Source: an uncultured Planctomycetota bacterium (GTDB lineage Bacteria; Planctomycetota; Planctomycetia; Isosphaerales; Isosphaeraceae). Taken from it: a DNA stretch of 64,000 nucleotides. Both the position numbers and the translations under genes were made by a program. Where the stretch lies: contig CAVTTN010000002.1 of assembly GCA_963737655.1 (NCBI GenBank), forward strand, positions 3,968,001 to 4,032,000, read 5' to 3'. The notes under the pieces are model-generated. The model made no database searches. It saw nothing but the letters and a program-made list of their open reading frames with translations, and was not told where the DNA came from. Position 1 is the stretch's first letter. Every line of letters starts with the position of its first letter. Shown piece after piece: positions 63,907-64,000 of the stretch.

Positions 63907-64000
63907 ATGAACGTCCCCGCGATGTGGATCATGCTGGGCGTCCTGGCCGCGCTGGCCGTGGCGTACCGATACTACAGCGCCTTCCTCGCCGCGAAGGTCG
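63907..64000 (+). CDS. cstA: Carbon starvation protein A, N-terminus (partial)
   Basis: MNVPAMWIMLGVLAALAVAYRYYSAFLAAKV. Confidence 0.7.
   Translation, partial: MNVPAMWIMLGVLAALAVAYRYYSAFLAAKV

Overview
GC-rich bacterial window, most likely from a planctomycete (inferred from gene content). The left half is housekeeping and envelope genes: a signal-peptide-bearing pcm coupled to a CBM/GH-like gene, a GT21/HpnI-like glycosyltransferase, a hicB-hicA pair, an amino-acid ABC transporter, folC, a TerC protein, an rpsO-pnp-kinase-sigma54 regulator-mutL run, two GT-C-type membrane proteins, Uma2 and a B12 radical SAM enzyme. Bases 36063-57228 hold an atypical type VI secretion cluster: tssK, tssL, a short tssM, a double-FHA gene, tagJ, tssA, tssB, tssC, hcp, tssE, tssF, tssG and clpV. 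No tssJ, vgrG or PAAR gene was recognised, and a large membrane-anchored pseudo-caspase gene is transcribed divergently from tssK. Between tssG and clpV lies a ~4 kb mosaic island bounded by a ~95-bp imperfect direct repeat of the clpV leader. It contains one intact and one truncated RAYT (Y1/HUH) transposase and ~116-bp REP/REPIN-like elements with stuttered arms. Foreign gene pieces that start or stop at those arms include a trypsin-like protease, a headless ORF plus a putative immunity gene, and an IS remnant. This island is the best candidate for a novel system. The right end has a phosphoesterase, an antiporter, sigma54-driven amtB, a BBP2 porin and the start of cstA. Many genes, including pnp, carry single-base frameshifts that are probably assembly errors, so gene intactness cannot be judged reliably.
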